Assembly (NCBI GenBank): GCA_947259875.1
Contig: CAMYNX010000004.1
Location: 1 to 56,947, forward strand
From: an uncultured Gammaproteobacteria bacterium
Lineage (GTDB): Bacteria > Pseudomonadota > Gammaproteobacteria > Arenicellales > JAANXG01
DNA length: 56,947 nucleotides
Reading direction: 5' to 3'
This document shows positions 1-10,537 of the stretch, in pieces. A program made the position numbers and the translations under genes. A model generated the notes under the pieces. It had not been told where the DNA came from, made no database searches, and worked only from the letters and a program-made list of their open reading frames with translations. Positions within the stretch are counted from its first letter, which is position 1; each line of letters opens with the position of its first letter.

Positions 1-511
1 TGCGCCCTTTCATATCTTTTACTTCCTTGATGTCGCTATCCTTGTGAGTTATCAATTGCAGCTTATATCCGAACGTGCCGTCGCCTTTGCACATGATGGA
101 AAACGGTACATAACCGGCTAGATTTACGCCGAAAACCGTCGGTCCCGTGGATATGCCCGCTATGTGCAGACGGCCCGACCGCATTGCCTCCACTTGTGCG
201 GCGTAGGACTCGGCGCCATACCATTTGACCGACTTGCCGGTTTTTTTCTCAAGGTAATCCATGAATTCTGTGAACACATTTTCATAAACCGATGGATCCT
301 CTACCGGGGTATAAGAGAATATCAGCACATCAGGATTCAACCATTGATTGGACTCTTTGGGGGTATCGGCGACGAGGTCGCCGTTGTCGTCACAATAGCG
401 AACATCGAGATCTCCGCGGCTCTTGCATTCCTCGGCTGATGCACCGAAGGGCACAAAAAGCAACGCTGCGAGTAAGACAGAAGACAGATAGGGTATTGCG
501 GATCTGAACAT
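1..511 (-). CDS. Phosphonate/phosphite ABC transporter substrate-binding protein (PhnD family), N-terminal 170 codons; the rest lies left of the window
   Basis: Absent from the ORF track because it runs off the edge. Reverse translation from ATG 511..509 (GGAG a few nt upstream) gives the signal peptide MFRSAIPYLSSVLLAALLFVPFGASA. It continues ...LIFSYTPVEDPSVYENVFTEFMDYLEKKTGKSVKWYGAESYAAQVEAMRSGRLHIAGIST..., typical of PhnD-type binding proteins. Confidence 0.7.
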   Translation of the reverse strand, partial: MFRSAIPYLSSVLLAALLFVPFGASAEECKSRGDLDVRYCDDNGDLVADTPKESNQWLNPDVLIFSYTPVEDPSVYENVFTEFMDYLEKKTGKSVKWYGAESYAAQVEAMRSGRLHIAGISTGPTVFGVNLAGYVPFSIMCKGDGTFGYKLQLITHKDSDIKEVKDMKGR

Positions 512-676
512 GATTCTCCTCCGTTTTAGCCTTCGTTGGTTATACATATTCATCGACTGATTGAGAGGGAACCTCTCGAAATATTTGCCACTGTATGCTT
601 GTTGCCGGTGTCCTGCAACCACAGTCGGCGCGGCACGGCGCCGCCAAGAGAACTACGACAGTACTCATTGTGCCGC

Positions 677-1141
677 TTAATGTACAGTCACGTCTACGTC
701 TGTATCATTGTCTTCGGATTGCCTCCGTTGCAGGTTGAGCAGGGTCTCCGGCGTTGGCGACGCATGATGCAGAATTATCCGCCAACCCTTGCTGGTGCGT
801 CGATAGACATTAGTGGTATGAATGGTGAATTGCGGTTCTTGGTCGTTGGCAAGATAGATGTTTTCGTTGACGTAACGGATGGCGATCGAGTCACCGTCTA
901 TTCGGCGCTGTTCGGTGAGCCGAAACCGAATCGGCGGCGAGTTCTGCAGAATCTGTATCCAGCTTTCGCGGATTTGCTCATATCCTTCCAGGCGCGGGCC
1001 CTGTGGATGTATACAAACGATGTCGTTTTCGTCGGACCAAACCGCCATCATGGCGTCAAGATCGTGAGCTTGAAACGCACGGTAAAACTCGCTTTCAGCC
1101 TGATCCGCGCTCGCCAAGCTCGATGTCTCTACTGCAACCAT
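677..1141 (-). CDS. SnoaL-like / NTF2-fold protein (DUF4440 type)
   Basis: 154-aa ORF. AESEFYRAFQAHDLDAMMAVWSDENDIVCIHPQGPRLEGYEQIRESW is the usual SnoaL/DUF4440 N-terminal pattern. The start overlaps the tolC stop by 13 nt. Confidence 0.6.
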   Translation of the reverse strand: MVAVETSSLASADQAESEFYRAFQAHDLDAMMAVWSDENDIVCIHPQGPRLEGYEQIRESWIQILQNSPPIRFRLTEQRRIDGDSIAIRYVNENIYLANDQEPQFTIHTTNVYRRTSKGWRIILHHASPTPETLLNLQRRQSEDNDTDVDVTVH

Positions 1142-2538
1142 GTGCCGGCTCTTTGCAGGTCATCTTCGGTCAGTGTTCCTACAACTTGCTTCAGGCGCAG
1201 CCAATTCAGGATGTAATCGTAACGCGCCTGGAGATAGTCGCGCTTCGCCTCGAACAGGTCACGCTGTGCATCGAGGACCTCCAGGTTGGTGTTGAGACCG
1301 GCCGCGAATCCCTCTTGCTTGGCCTCCAGCGCACTCTCGCTTGCGGTGACCGCCCGATCAAGCGCGCCCACCTGCCGAATGGTGCCGGTGACGTTTAGAA
1401 ATGCCGCACGAACATTGCGATCCGCCGCCCGGCGCGCAGATTCTACTTGTCGCAGCGCGGCGTCATAGCGTAGCCGTGCCTCCTCGGTTCGTGACACGAC
1501 GGCGCCCCCTTGAACCAAGGGAATGCTCAGCTGCAGCATCGCATCGGTGTATGTTGTTTCGCGACCTGGACCGGAAATACTACCATTCGCGTCTTGGAAT
1601 TCATGGGACACGATGAAGTCCAGGGATGGATAATGACCAGCCCGTTGACGGCGTATCTCTTGCTCGGCGACATCCGCAGTTTGTTGACTGACCGCAAGTT
1701 CCAAGTTTCCCCCAAGTGCCGTAGCGATCCAATGCGGGACATCGTCGGGTTCGGGCTTCGTTAGCGGAGCGTCGGGTTTGAGGGCACGCAAACTGTAGGG
1801 CACCCGGCCGATAAGTTCGGCTAACGATTGATATGCGTCAGCGAGGGTATTGCGGGCAGTGACTTCCTCGGCTTCAGCGATACGGAACCGTGCCTCCGCG
1901 TCATACAAGTCGGTAGTCGTGCCGAGTCCAACTTGTAATCGCTCATCCGCGAGCTCCAACTGTCGTGACAGTGCGGTGCGCTCGGCGACGGTGAGTTCAA
2001 GGTTGTCCTGTGCCGCGAGCACCAGCAAGTAACGCGTTGTAACGCGCACGATTAAAGATTGTTTGGCAATGTCAAACTGTAATTCAGCGACCTTTGCCTG
2101 TGACTGGGCCTGGCGATATTCTAGTATCTTGCCGCGATCGTATACAGGCTGCTGCAAGGACAAGCCGTAGCCATCAGAATTGTAGTTGCCGGAGCCTTGG
2201 ACGATGAACGGCTGGCCCGGGGCGTCGATCTCGTCGCGATTTCGCACGTACGCGACGTCTGCGCTCAGACTTGGTAGCAAAGGTGCGCGTGCCTGCTTTA
2301 CCTTCTGCAGGTCAGCCTCATAGGTCAGAGAGTCCGCCTGAAATGTAGGGTCGTTGTCAACCGCCAATATATAAACGTCCCACAGCCCCATGCTCTTATC
2401 GGGTTGGTTTGCTTTAGTGGTGGCCTGCGAGATCATCGTGTCGTAGTTGAGGTTGAGAGCTAAGTCAACGGCATGTCCCGTTGTTGCCAGTGCCGGCAAC
2501 GTTACGAGCAACATGGTGCAGATGAGCCTTGTCAACAT
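1129..2538 (-). CDS. tolC: TolC-family outer membrane efflux channel
   Basis: 469 aa, signal peptide MLTRLICTMLLVTLPALATTGHA, two internally repeated halves rich in coiled-coil-like segments (..LQVGLGTTTDLYDAEARF.. / ..AGLNTNLEVLDAQRDLFEAKRDY..). Length and pattern are typical of TolC/OpmH. Confidence 0.85.
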   Translation of the reverse strand: MLTRLICTMLLVTLPALATTGHAVDLALNLNYDTMISQATTKANQPDKSMGLWDVYILAVDNDPTFQADSLTYEADLQKVKQARAPLLPSLSADVAYVRNRDEIDAPGQPFIVQGSGNYNSDGYGLSLQQPVYDRGKILEYRQAQSQAKVAELQFDIAKQSLIVRVTTRYLLVLAAQDNLELTVAERTALSRQLELADERLQVGLGTTTDLYDAEARFRIAEAEEVTARNTLADAYQSLAELIGRVPYSLRALKPDAPLTKPEPDDVPHWIATALGGNLELAVSQQTADVAEQEIRRQRAGHYPSLDFIVSHEFQDANGSISGPGRETTYTDAMLQLSIPLVQGGAVVSRTEEARLRYDAALRQVESARRAADRNVRAAFLNVTGTIRQVGALDRAVTASESALEAKQEGFAAGLNTNLEVLDAQRDLFEAKRDYLQARYDYILNWLRLKQVVGTLTEDDLQRAGTWLQ

Positions 2539-2844
2539 ACTGTAGTGCCTCGCGCAGGATATGACTTCGGAGTTGGTTGCACAGGCCGAGTCCCTTAGTT
2601 TAGCTATTTACCATAGGATTTGTTAGTAACATTAATGAAGCGTCATCTTACCGTCGATATCAAGATCTGCCGAGCGCCGTTGTTGAATACTATAGCGCGG
2701 CTTGACGTTGACGTATCTAGGAAGCACGGTGGTTTGACCCGGCTTCTGCGAAGCAAGGCTGGGCGCCGGGCCAAACGACCGGACATTCACTTCTAAGGGA
2801 CCCAACCAGTCAGGACTCGCGATGATCGGCGTTGCCGTTTTGCG

Positions 2845-3498
2845 CTAAAAAACGAATGTTGACGGTGGTTTCACGTTAATGAGAGGTGGCACACTGGTTT
2901 CAAATAACGACACTTCTTGCCAACTATTCTCTTCCAAACGCTGCAATAAAACCGCCTCCATGACCGGTGCTTGACCAACGACGGCAATCAACCGTCCATT
3001 CGGTGACAGATTCATCTTATAGGATTCCGGCAACGTCGGCATCGACCCGGTAATGATGATCGCATCGTAAGGTCCTTCACCATCCCAACCCTGTGCGGCG
3101 TCTCCTTCGAAGTAGTGTATGTTGTGCAGGTCGTGAGCGTTGAGTTTGACGCGCGCTGTTTCTAGAAAATTTGCAAAAATGTCAACTGTGTCAACATCGC
3201 GAGCGAGACTGGCTAAAAGTCCGGTGAGGTAGCCGCTACCGGTGCCGATTTCCAACACCTTATCCCGGTTAGTCAAAGAGAGTTCCTGTAGCAGCCGCGC
3301 TTCCATCTTCGGTTGCATCATCTTCTGCCCATGGTCCAGCGGGATATTCATGTCAACGAAGGCCAACGCCTGGTATTGATCGGGTACGAAAGCCTCACGA
3401 GGAAAATCGCGAAGCAGATTCAGGACCTTGGGATCAAGTACATCCCACGGCCGGATTTGTTGCTCGATCATGTTAAAACGGGCCTGCTCGACGTCCAT
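2845..3498 (-). CDS. Protein-L-isoaspartate O-methyltransferase-family protein (Pcm-like, TolC-adjacent paralogue)
   Basis: SAM-binding motif VLEIGTGSGYLTGLLA. I place the start at MDVEQARFNMIEQQIRPWDV (ATG 3498..3496) rather than the upstream ORF-track Met at 3579. Confidence 0.75.
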   Translation of the reverse strand: MDVEQARFNMIEQQIRPWDVLDPKVLNLLRDFPREAFVPDQYQALAFVDMNIPLDHGQKMMQPKMEARLLQELSLTNRDKVLEIGTGSGYLTGLLASLARDVDTVDIFANFLETARVKLNAHDLHNIHYFEGDAAQGWDGEGPYDAIIITGSMPTLPESYKMNLSPNGRLIAVVGQAPVMEAVLLQRLEENSWQEVSLFETSVPPLINVKPPSTFVF

Positions 3499-3788
3499 TG
3501 GAAAAGCCTTTAGTTTGCGTATGGTTGAGAATGCGAAGGGTAAGCAGTTTGGCGGGAAGTGGCAAGAGACAGCCGGCATCGATGGGGGTAGACCGGGTCA
3601 CGAAGCGGTACGGGTGACATAGCAAACACCGCCTGCCTACCCCGATCCTTATCACCCACCCGGGCGCCCAACCCCCGCTTTGAAGCGGGTGATGGTTCGG
3701 CATGCTGGGGCTGGATAGACTCGGCGTGGCGCCTATCGTTGACCAACGAGCTGCAATCACGGCACCACCCGTGTTGTGATACGCTAAC

Positions 3789-3815
3789 AAAACGCCGGCC
3801 CATGGCCGGCGTTTT
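3789..3815. terminator. Bidirectional rho-independent terminator hairpin
   Basis: AAAACGCCGGCC-CAT-GGCCGGCGTTTT: perfect 8-bp GC stem flanked by an A-run and a T-run, with TTTTGTT on the minus strand. It lies between convergent units. Confidence 0.6.
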
Positions 3816-4004
3816 GCATGCCTTGTGAGTCGCGATTTAGGAGGAGATCAAGGCATGATTCCGGTTGTTCGCCGGATAGGTAATAATTAACCATACATCG
3901 CACAAGTGCTTTTTGATCTGGATCAAGCACCGGGCGATTAAGCCTCCAGCAAAACACAAGAACGCCGGCTTGTGCCGACGTTCGTAGCGTGTGATGTTGT
4001 TGCA

Positions 4005-4268
4005 TCATCCAGGCATGGCGCCTGGTGCTTGCGCGACCGGATCCCAGGTCTTGGCCTCGAAGCGATAGTACCCTTGAGTCTTGATCGCGTCCTTGGCGAT
4101 CATTTCGTTGAATGCTGCGCGATCCTTGCCCATCTCATCGAATTTGCCGACCTGTTTTAACTCCCCACCGCTTGGGCATGCCGCTTCGCTGAGGTCCTGC
4201 TTGTGAGCGTCGTCAGTGACGACAAAAAAATCAGGATCTTCCATGCATCGATACACTGTGAATTTCAC
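4005..4268 (-). CDS. Small hypothetical protein (about 87 aa)
   Basis: ORF 4005..4277. AAGGAGG sits at good spacing from the second GTG (4268). The sequence MKFTVYRCMEDPDFFVVTDD...AIKTQGYYRFE loosely recalls YcgL-like small proteins, but this is only a weak impression. Confidence 0.45.
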   Translation of the reverse strand: MKFTVYRCMEDPDFFVVTDDAHKQDLSEAACPSGGELKQVGKFDEMGKDRAAFNEMIAKDAIKTQGYYRFEAKTWDPVAQAPGAMPG

Positions 4269-4764
4269 GCTGCTCACCTCCTTCTCTTAAAAACAATATG
4301 GGGTAATTAATTGGACAACGCCTGGACTTGATCGTCCATCGAATTCCTATTACACACTGATAAGTAAAAGTTATCGTGCTTCTTGTCCCCACCGTTACGT
4401 GCTGCGGTGCTGGCATAGCGGCAAAGACCAATCCATCGAATGAACCTTAAAGCCGCGACGTAAGACAATCGACAAGTCGAGTCCAACACCAGGATCGATA
4501 CTCGAATGGTGGGTGATTGACGAAGATAGTGCGCTCGTGGACGCCCGGAGACAGGCGACCGGTCGTGTTTGTAATATGATGCGCATATGTCGTTCCCATC
4601 ACCCCATGGTTGATACCGATGTCTTGGTCGGTTTTGCGGTGGCACGGTTATTGTTATCAGACTATAACCTGTTGTTATCGAGAACATTTGATCGGTCGTT
4701 CTGTGCGTGCGACAAGCCTGGCAGCGGGCGTGACACTTGATCCGTATCGGGGTTAAGAGTAGGG

Positions 4765-4860
4765 TGAGCGACGGCTAGGGGTGCTTGTTCACGGGCTGCG
4801 TGCAGGCTGAGAGATACCCTTGAACCTGATCCGTTTAATTGCGGCGTAGGCAATGCCGGT
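4765..4860 (+). promoter_or_regulatory. TPP (THI-box) riboswitch in the thiC leader
   Basis: CTAGGGGTGC...GGCTGAGAGATACCCTTGAACCTGATCCG..TAAT.GCGGCGTAGG contains the conserved GGGGUGC, CUGAGA and ACCUGAUC elements. It ends about 55 nt before the thiC start. Confidence 0.9.
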
Positions 4861-4913
4861 ATTATTCCTACCGCGGCACACCGCTCTCAGGTTCAACTCC
4901 ATAGAACTTATAG

Positions 4914-6818
<1,905 letters not shown>

Positions 6819-6970
6819 CTTTTTCTTCCTGTACTATCCCTATTAGCGGTAACGGCAGGCATGGATCATGTAGCCAGCGGTGTTGGACAGGGATCCCCGC
6901 CCAGGATGGCCGAAGATACGGCATATCGTGACAACATGATGATTGCCGGGCTTGAATCTCAACCGATGGA

Positions 6971-8743
6971 TTACTGTGTCTCTTCAGCTGTGTCTTCCTC
7001 GAACAACTGTTCCAACTCTGCGGCTGCCTTCTGCGCCAGATAAATCATTTTTTGCTCGTCATTATGACTATCGTGGTGTTCCAGTAAGCGTTTCTCGTCG
7101 TGTGCCCTGAATGTTTCGATCGCGTGGTCGCTCTCGGACTTGGGCAGGCCTAGCCCCATGAGCACGCTCTTCGTCATATCCAAGCTGGAAAGCAGGGTCT
7201 CTCGCCAAATCATGGCAATTCCCAGATCCATGAGTTGATAAGCGTGTTTCCGATTACGCGCCCGAGCAAAGATTTTCAGGTGCGGAAAATATTGCGTGAC
7301 CATCTTCGCGGTACGTAGTGACGCGTCGATGTCATCGATCGCCAACACGAAGATCTTCGCTTGATCTGCCTTTGCCGCACGCAGCAATTCGATTCGCGAC
7401 GCATCGCCGTAGTAGATCTTGTTTCCATATCGCTTGACAAAATCCACTTGCGCCGGGTTTGCTTCCAGGGCGGTAAAGCCAATCTTCTTGGCGCGCAGGA
7501 TGCGCGCAACGATCTGACCAAAACGCCCAAAACCGGCGATGATAATCTTGTTTTCCGATACCGTGGGTTGTTCGTACTGTTTGGTTTGTGATGGCCTGAC
7601 CGCGGCTTGCACACGCTCGTTGAGAGTGAAGATCAGTGGTGTCGCCGCCATCGACAGAGTCACCACAAGAATTAACAGTTCGGACAGCTCCGCGGCCATT
7701 AGACCGGCTCCGACCGCAACGGTGAATATCACAAACGCGAACTCGCCACCCTGGGGGATGATCGATGCCAGTGAGAAAGCGGATTGTGTCTTCAGGCGGC
7801 TCAATTTTGCGAGCGCGATAAGGATCGTGAACTTCGCTACCAGCAACCCCGCAACCAGCGCGATGACCAAGGCGTATTCACTACCGATCAGTCCGACATT
7901 GACGGACATACCCACCGCAATAAAGAACAAGCCCAGCATCAATCCTTTCAGCGGTTCGATGTCTGCCTCCAGAGCATGCCGATACTCCGAGTCCGCGACC
8001 AATACACCAGCCAAAAACGCGCCTAGACCCATTGATAGGCCTACCGCCTCCATGATCAGCGCGGTGCCCACAACGATGAGCAAGGCGACGGCGGTAAACA
8101 CCTCAGGCACCCCGGTGGCGGCAATGACCCGTAGTAGGTGATGCAACAAAAAATGTCCGCCCACAATCACCGAGGTGATCGCCAGGAGCGCTTTCGCCGC
8201 CGCCCATAGATTGGACGCCTCGGATGTCTCACCTCCGGCTCCAATCAACGGCATTAGCGCGAGCAGCGGGATTACCGCCATGTCTTGAAACAACAAGATC
8301 GAAAACGCCGCGCGCCCGTGGCGCGTATTGAGTTGCCTCTTCTCCGCCAACATCTGCAGCGCGAACGCCGTCGAGGACAACGACAATGCGAACGCCACGA
8401 TGAGTGCTGTGCGCATCGGGACACCCATTGCGTAAGCGGCCGCCGCCAATACCAGTATGGACACGCCGACCTGCAGCGTCCCCAGGCCAAAAACGGATTT
8501 ACGCATGATCCAGAGGCGCGCAGGTTGCAGCTCGAGACCGATGATAAACAGCAACAACACCACGCCGAATTCGGCGAAATGAAGAATATTCTCGACTTCG
8601 ATTACCAACCGCAATCCCCACGGACCGATGACGACACCGGCAGTGAGATATCCCAATACCGATCCTAGCCCCAAGCGTCGAAACAAGGGGACCGCAATGA
8701 CTGCTGCGGCAAGGAATATCGCAGCTTCGGTAAAAACTGACAT
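6971..8743 (-). CDS. Glutathione-regulated K+ efflux / CPA2 antiporter (KefB/KefC type) with C-terminal KTN (TrkA-N) domain
   Basis: 590 aa. The N-terminus ..AVPLFRRLGLGSVLGYLTAGVVIGPWG.. is typical of KefB/C. Rossmann motif IIIAGFGRFGQIVARIL after the membrane domain. Confidence 0.85.
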   Translation of the reverse strand: MSVFTEAAIFLAAAVIAVPLFRRLGLGSVLGYLTAGVVIGPWGLRLVIEVENILHFAEFGVVLLLFIIGLELQPARLWIMRKSVFGLGTLQVGVSILVLAAAAYAMGVPMRTALIVAFALSLSSTAFALQMLAEKRQLNTRHGRAAFSILLFQDMAVIPLLALMPLIGAGGETSEASNLWAAAKALLAITSVIVGGHFLLHHLLRVIAATGVPEVFTAVALLIVVGTALIMEAVGLSMGLGAFLAGVLVADSEYRHALEADIEPLKGLMLGLFFIAVGMSVNVGLIGSEYALVIALVAGLLVAKFTILIALAKLSRLKTQSAFSLASIIPQGGEFAFVIFTVAVGAGLMAAELSELLILVVTLSMAATPLIFTLNERVQAAVRPSQTKQYEQPTVSENKIIIAGFGRFGQIVARILRAKKIGFTALEANPAQVDFVKRYGNKIYYGDASRIELLRAAKADQAKIFVLAIDDIDASLRTAKMVTQYFPHLKIFARARNRKHAYQLMDLGIAMIWRETLLSSLDMTKSVLMGLGLPKSESDHAIETFRAHDEKRLLEHHDSHNDEQKMIYLAQKAAAELEQLFEEDTAEETQ

Positions 8744-8747
8744 AATT

Positions 8748-9012
8748 AACCCATATATTGCACCAAGGTGGGGCTATCCCGGCGTTGGCTTGGTCTCGAA
8801 CGCCTGCACTTGCGCTTCACGCAACAGAAAAACGGGGTCGGAGTCACGGACTCTGTCTCCTTTTTTCATCGCTACCGCGCGGCGCTCGTCCCCGCATAGC
8901 AGGGGGCTCGTCCCCGCACAGCAGGGGAACTACGCGCAGGACAAGCACTGCGACTGCGCGCAGCACAAGCCCCTTCGCCATCACCCGGGATCCTTGGCGC
9001 ATTATGCGGGCT
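8748..9012 (+). repeat. MITE-like repeat, full-length copy (ends + modules 1, 2, 3)
   Basis: Bounded by ATATTGCACCAAGG (8755-8768) and its imperfect inverse CCTTGGCGCATTAT (8992-9005). Internal modules are shared with the copies at 20851-21082, 46191-46284, 55768-55890 and 16676-16731 (see findings). Confidence 0.75.
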
Positions 9013-9628
9013 GGGACTCCGGGTTTGGTGAAAACATTCTCTTTAGAACCAAGTGTGTTGGCAGGTAGACAACTAGCGGGAACAGTACCATCAACAACCC
9101 AACCCAAAGTGGTCCCGTTAACCAGGTTTCTTGTGCGCTGCCGAGAGAGAACACAAAATTTATGTTTCTTGACGGATCGGTGACCCAGTAACTGACCGGT
9201 AACACTATCCAGGTGATGAGCGTCTGCGCCCACAGAGCGCGCCGATCATAGCCGAGACGGTGCACAAGCCAGATAAGTACCCAAGCCAGAAACACATGGA
9301 ACAATGACAGGCCGCGGACCAGCCGGGGTAGTTTATCGGAAAACATATATTTCGTTAGATTCAATCCAAGGACGTCATAACCGGCCGCGAGTCGTGAAAA
9401 GAAGTCTAGGTTCCAAACAAGTTCCGGAATGATCATTGCTACAGCCATCGTGCTGGCGAGGAATCGGCTCTCAAACCACAGAGCCAGCAACGTCGCTAAC
9501 AAGGCGATATCACAGCCCCAGAGAAAGTTGTGTGGACCCAACTCGATCCAATAGACTGGTACCAATACGCACACATACAGCGTATAAGGGATCTTTAGCC
9601 ACAATGAAATTGTCTTCAGACGAGTCAT
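9002..9628 (-). CDS. Polytopic membrane protein of unknown function
   Basis: 208-aa ORF with at least five hydrophobic segments. The stop codon and last three codons lie inside the repeat end at 8992-9012. Confidence 0.55.
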   Translation of the reverse strand: MTRLKTISLWLKIPYTLYVCVLVPVYWIELGPHNFLWGCDIALLATLLALWFESRFLASTMAVAMIIPELVWNLDFFSRLAAGYDVLGLNLTKYMFSDKLPRLVRGLSLFHVFLAWVLIWLVHRLGYDRRALWAQTLITWIVLPVSYWVTDPSRNINFVFSLGSAQETWLTGPLWVGLLMVLFPLVVYLPTHLVLKRMFSPNPESQPA

Positions 9629-9900
9629 AGCAGTGGATGTCGGGTGAAGCGATTCGGCTGCACAAAGTCCAGATTCAGTGGAAATAATTGAGCGTTATAC
9701 ATGCGACTCGAATAACGTAAGCACCACACCATCGCTGTTTAGGATCCGCCCTGCGTCCACCTTATTGTAAATTACCTTTATCGTCGAGCAGTCGTTTAGT
9801 TTTCGGGATGTCGTATAAATTTTGAGAACCTAGAGTCTACAATTGCCGGACAGTTAATTATTATCAACTGAATGTTTCTCATTGTTGTGAAGCGCGTATT

Positions 9901-10515
9901 GTGAAATTGTCCCGTGTTGGGTGGGGACTTCTACGGATCATTTTGTTGTTAGCCTGCCTACAGCCTACATCTGGTATGGCAGACAGCTGGTCAGTTGGCG
10001 AGCTGCATAAAGACAGCAAAAGTGTGCTATTTGGGTTTCTGGGGGGCTTGTTCGCACATGAGTTGGGTCACATGTCAGTGGCGACACTAAGGGGAATAGA
10101 CTTCGAGTTCGACGGTTTATCCATCGTTTATCCGGAATCCGATCTGTCGGATAAAGACAGGCTACTGGTTGCATCGGCCGGATTTCAAGTACAGTGGATT
10201 ACTTCCGAAATCGCTTTTCATTACCTCGAGAAGGGCAAGGATGACTTGGCGGCGATGAACACGGCTGCCGGGGTGATCTTGAGTCATCTGGGAATTACCG
10301 CCGCCTACCTAACTTTTCTCAAGAATCATTCTCAAGGTGATATCGAAGGCATGGCGGAGGCCACGGGTATCTCCAATGATCAGCTCGCGCTGGCAGTGGC
10401 CGTACCCGCCGTCTTGGACGGTTGGCGGTTGTTAGGAACGACCACGCCTAACTGGGTCCCCCGGCTATCGGCGCTGACCAAGGGCATCGGGGTGGCATGG
10501 GTATGGACTTATTGA
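9901..10515 (+). CDS. Hypothetical secreted/membrane protein with HExxH motif (possible zinc metalloprotease-like)
   Basis: GTG start, signal-like N-terminus LLRIILLLACLQPTSG, FAHELGHMSV motif, several hydrophobic segments. No family recognised. Confidence 0.4.
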   Translation: MKLSRVGWGLLRIILLLACLQPTSGMADSWSVGELHKDSKSVLFGFLGGLFAHELGHMSVATLRGIDFEFDGLSIVYPESDLSDKDRLLVASAGFQVQWITSEIAFHYLEKGKDDLAAMNTAAGVILSHLGITAAYLTFLKNHSQGDIEGMAEATGISNDQLALAVAVPAVLDGWRLLGTTTPNWVPRLSALTKGIGVAWVWTY

Positions 10516-10537
10516 ATGCTCGTGTTCGGGTATCGTT

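Noticed and set aside
3784-4008. 74-aa minus-strand ORF starting with an ATGA overlap to the 4005..4277 gene
   Set aside because: Its last 10 codons read through the terminator hairpin at 3789-3815, and its stop codon lies within the terminator T-tail. No family was recognised. It is kept only as a possibility and not called.
8884-8927. CRISPR-repeat-like sequence GCTCGTCCCCGCATAGCAGGGG / GCTCGTCCCCGCACAGCAGGGG (also at 20958-21001). It is reminiscent of type I-E repeats (..CCCCGC....GCGGGG..)
   Set aside because: There are only two units, directly abutting with no spacers. The same duplication occurs inside another copy of the MITE-like repeat, and no cas genes are present. It is an internal tandem duplication of the repeat, not an array.
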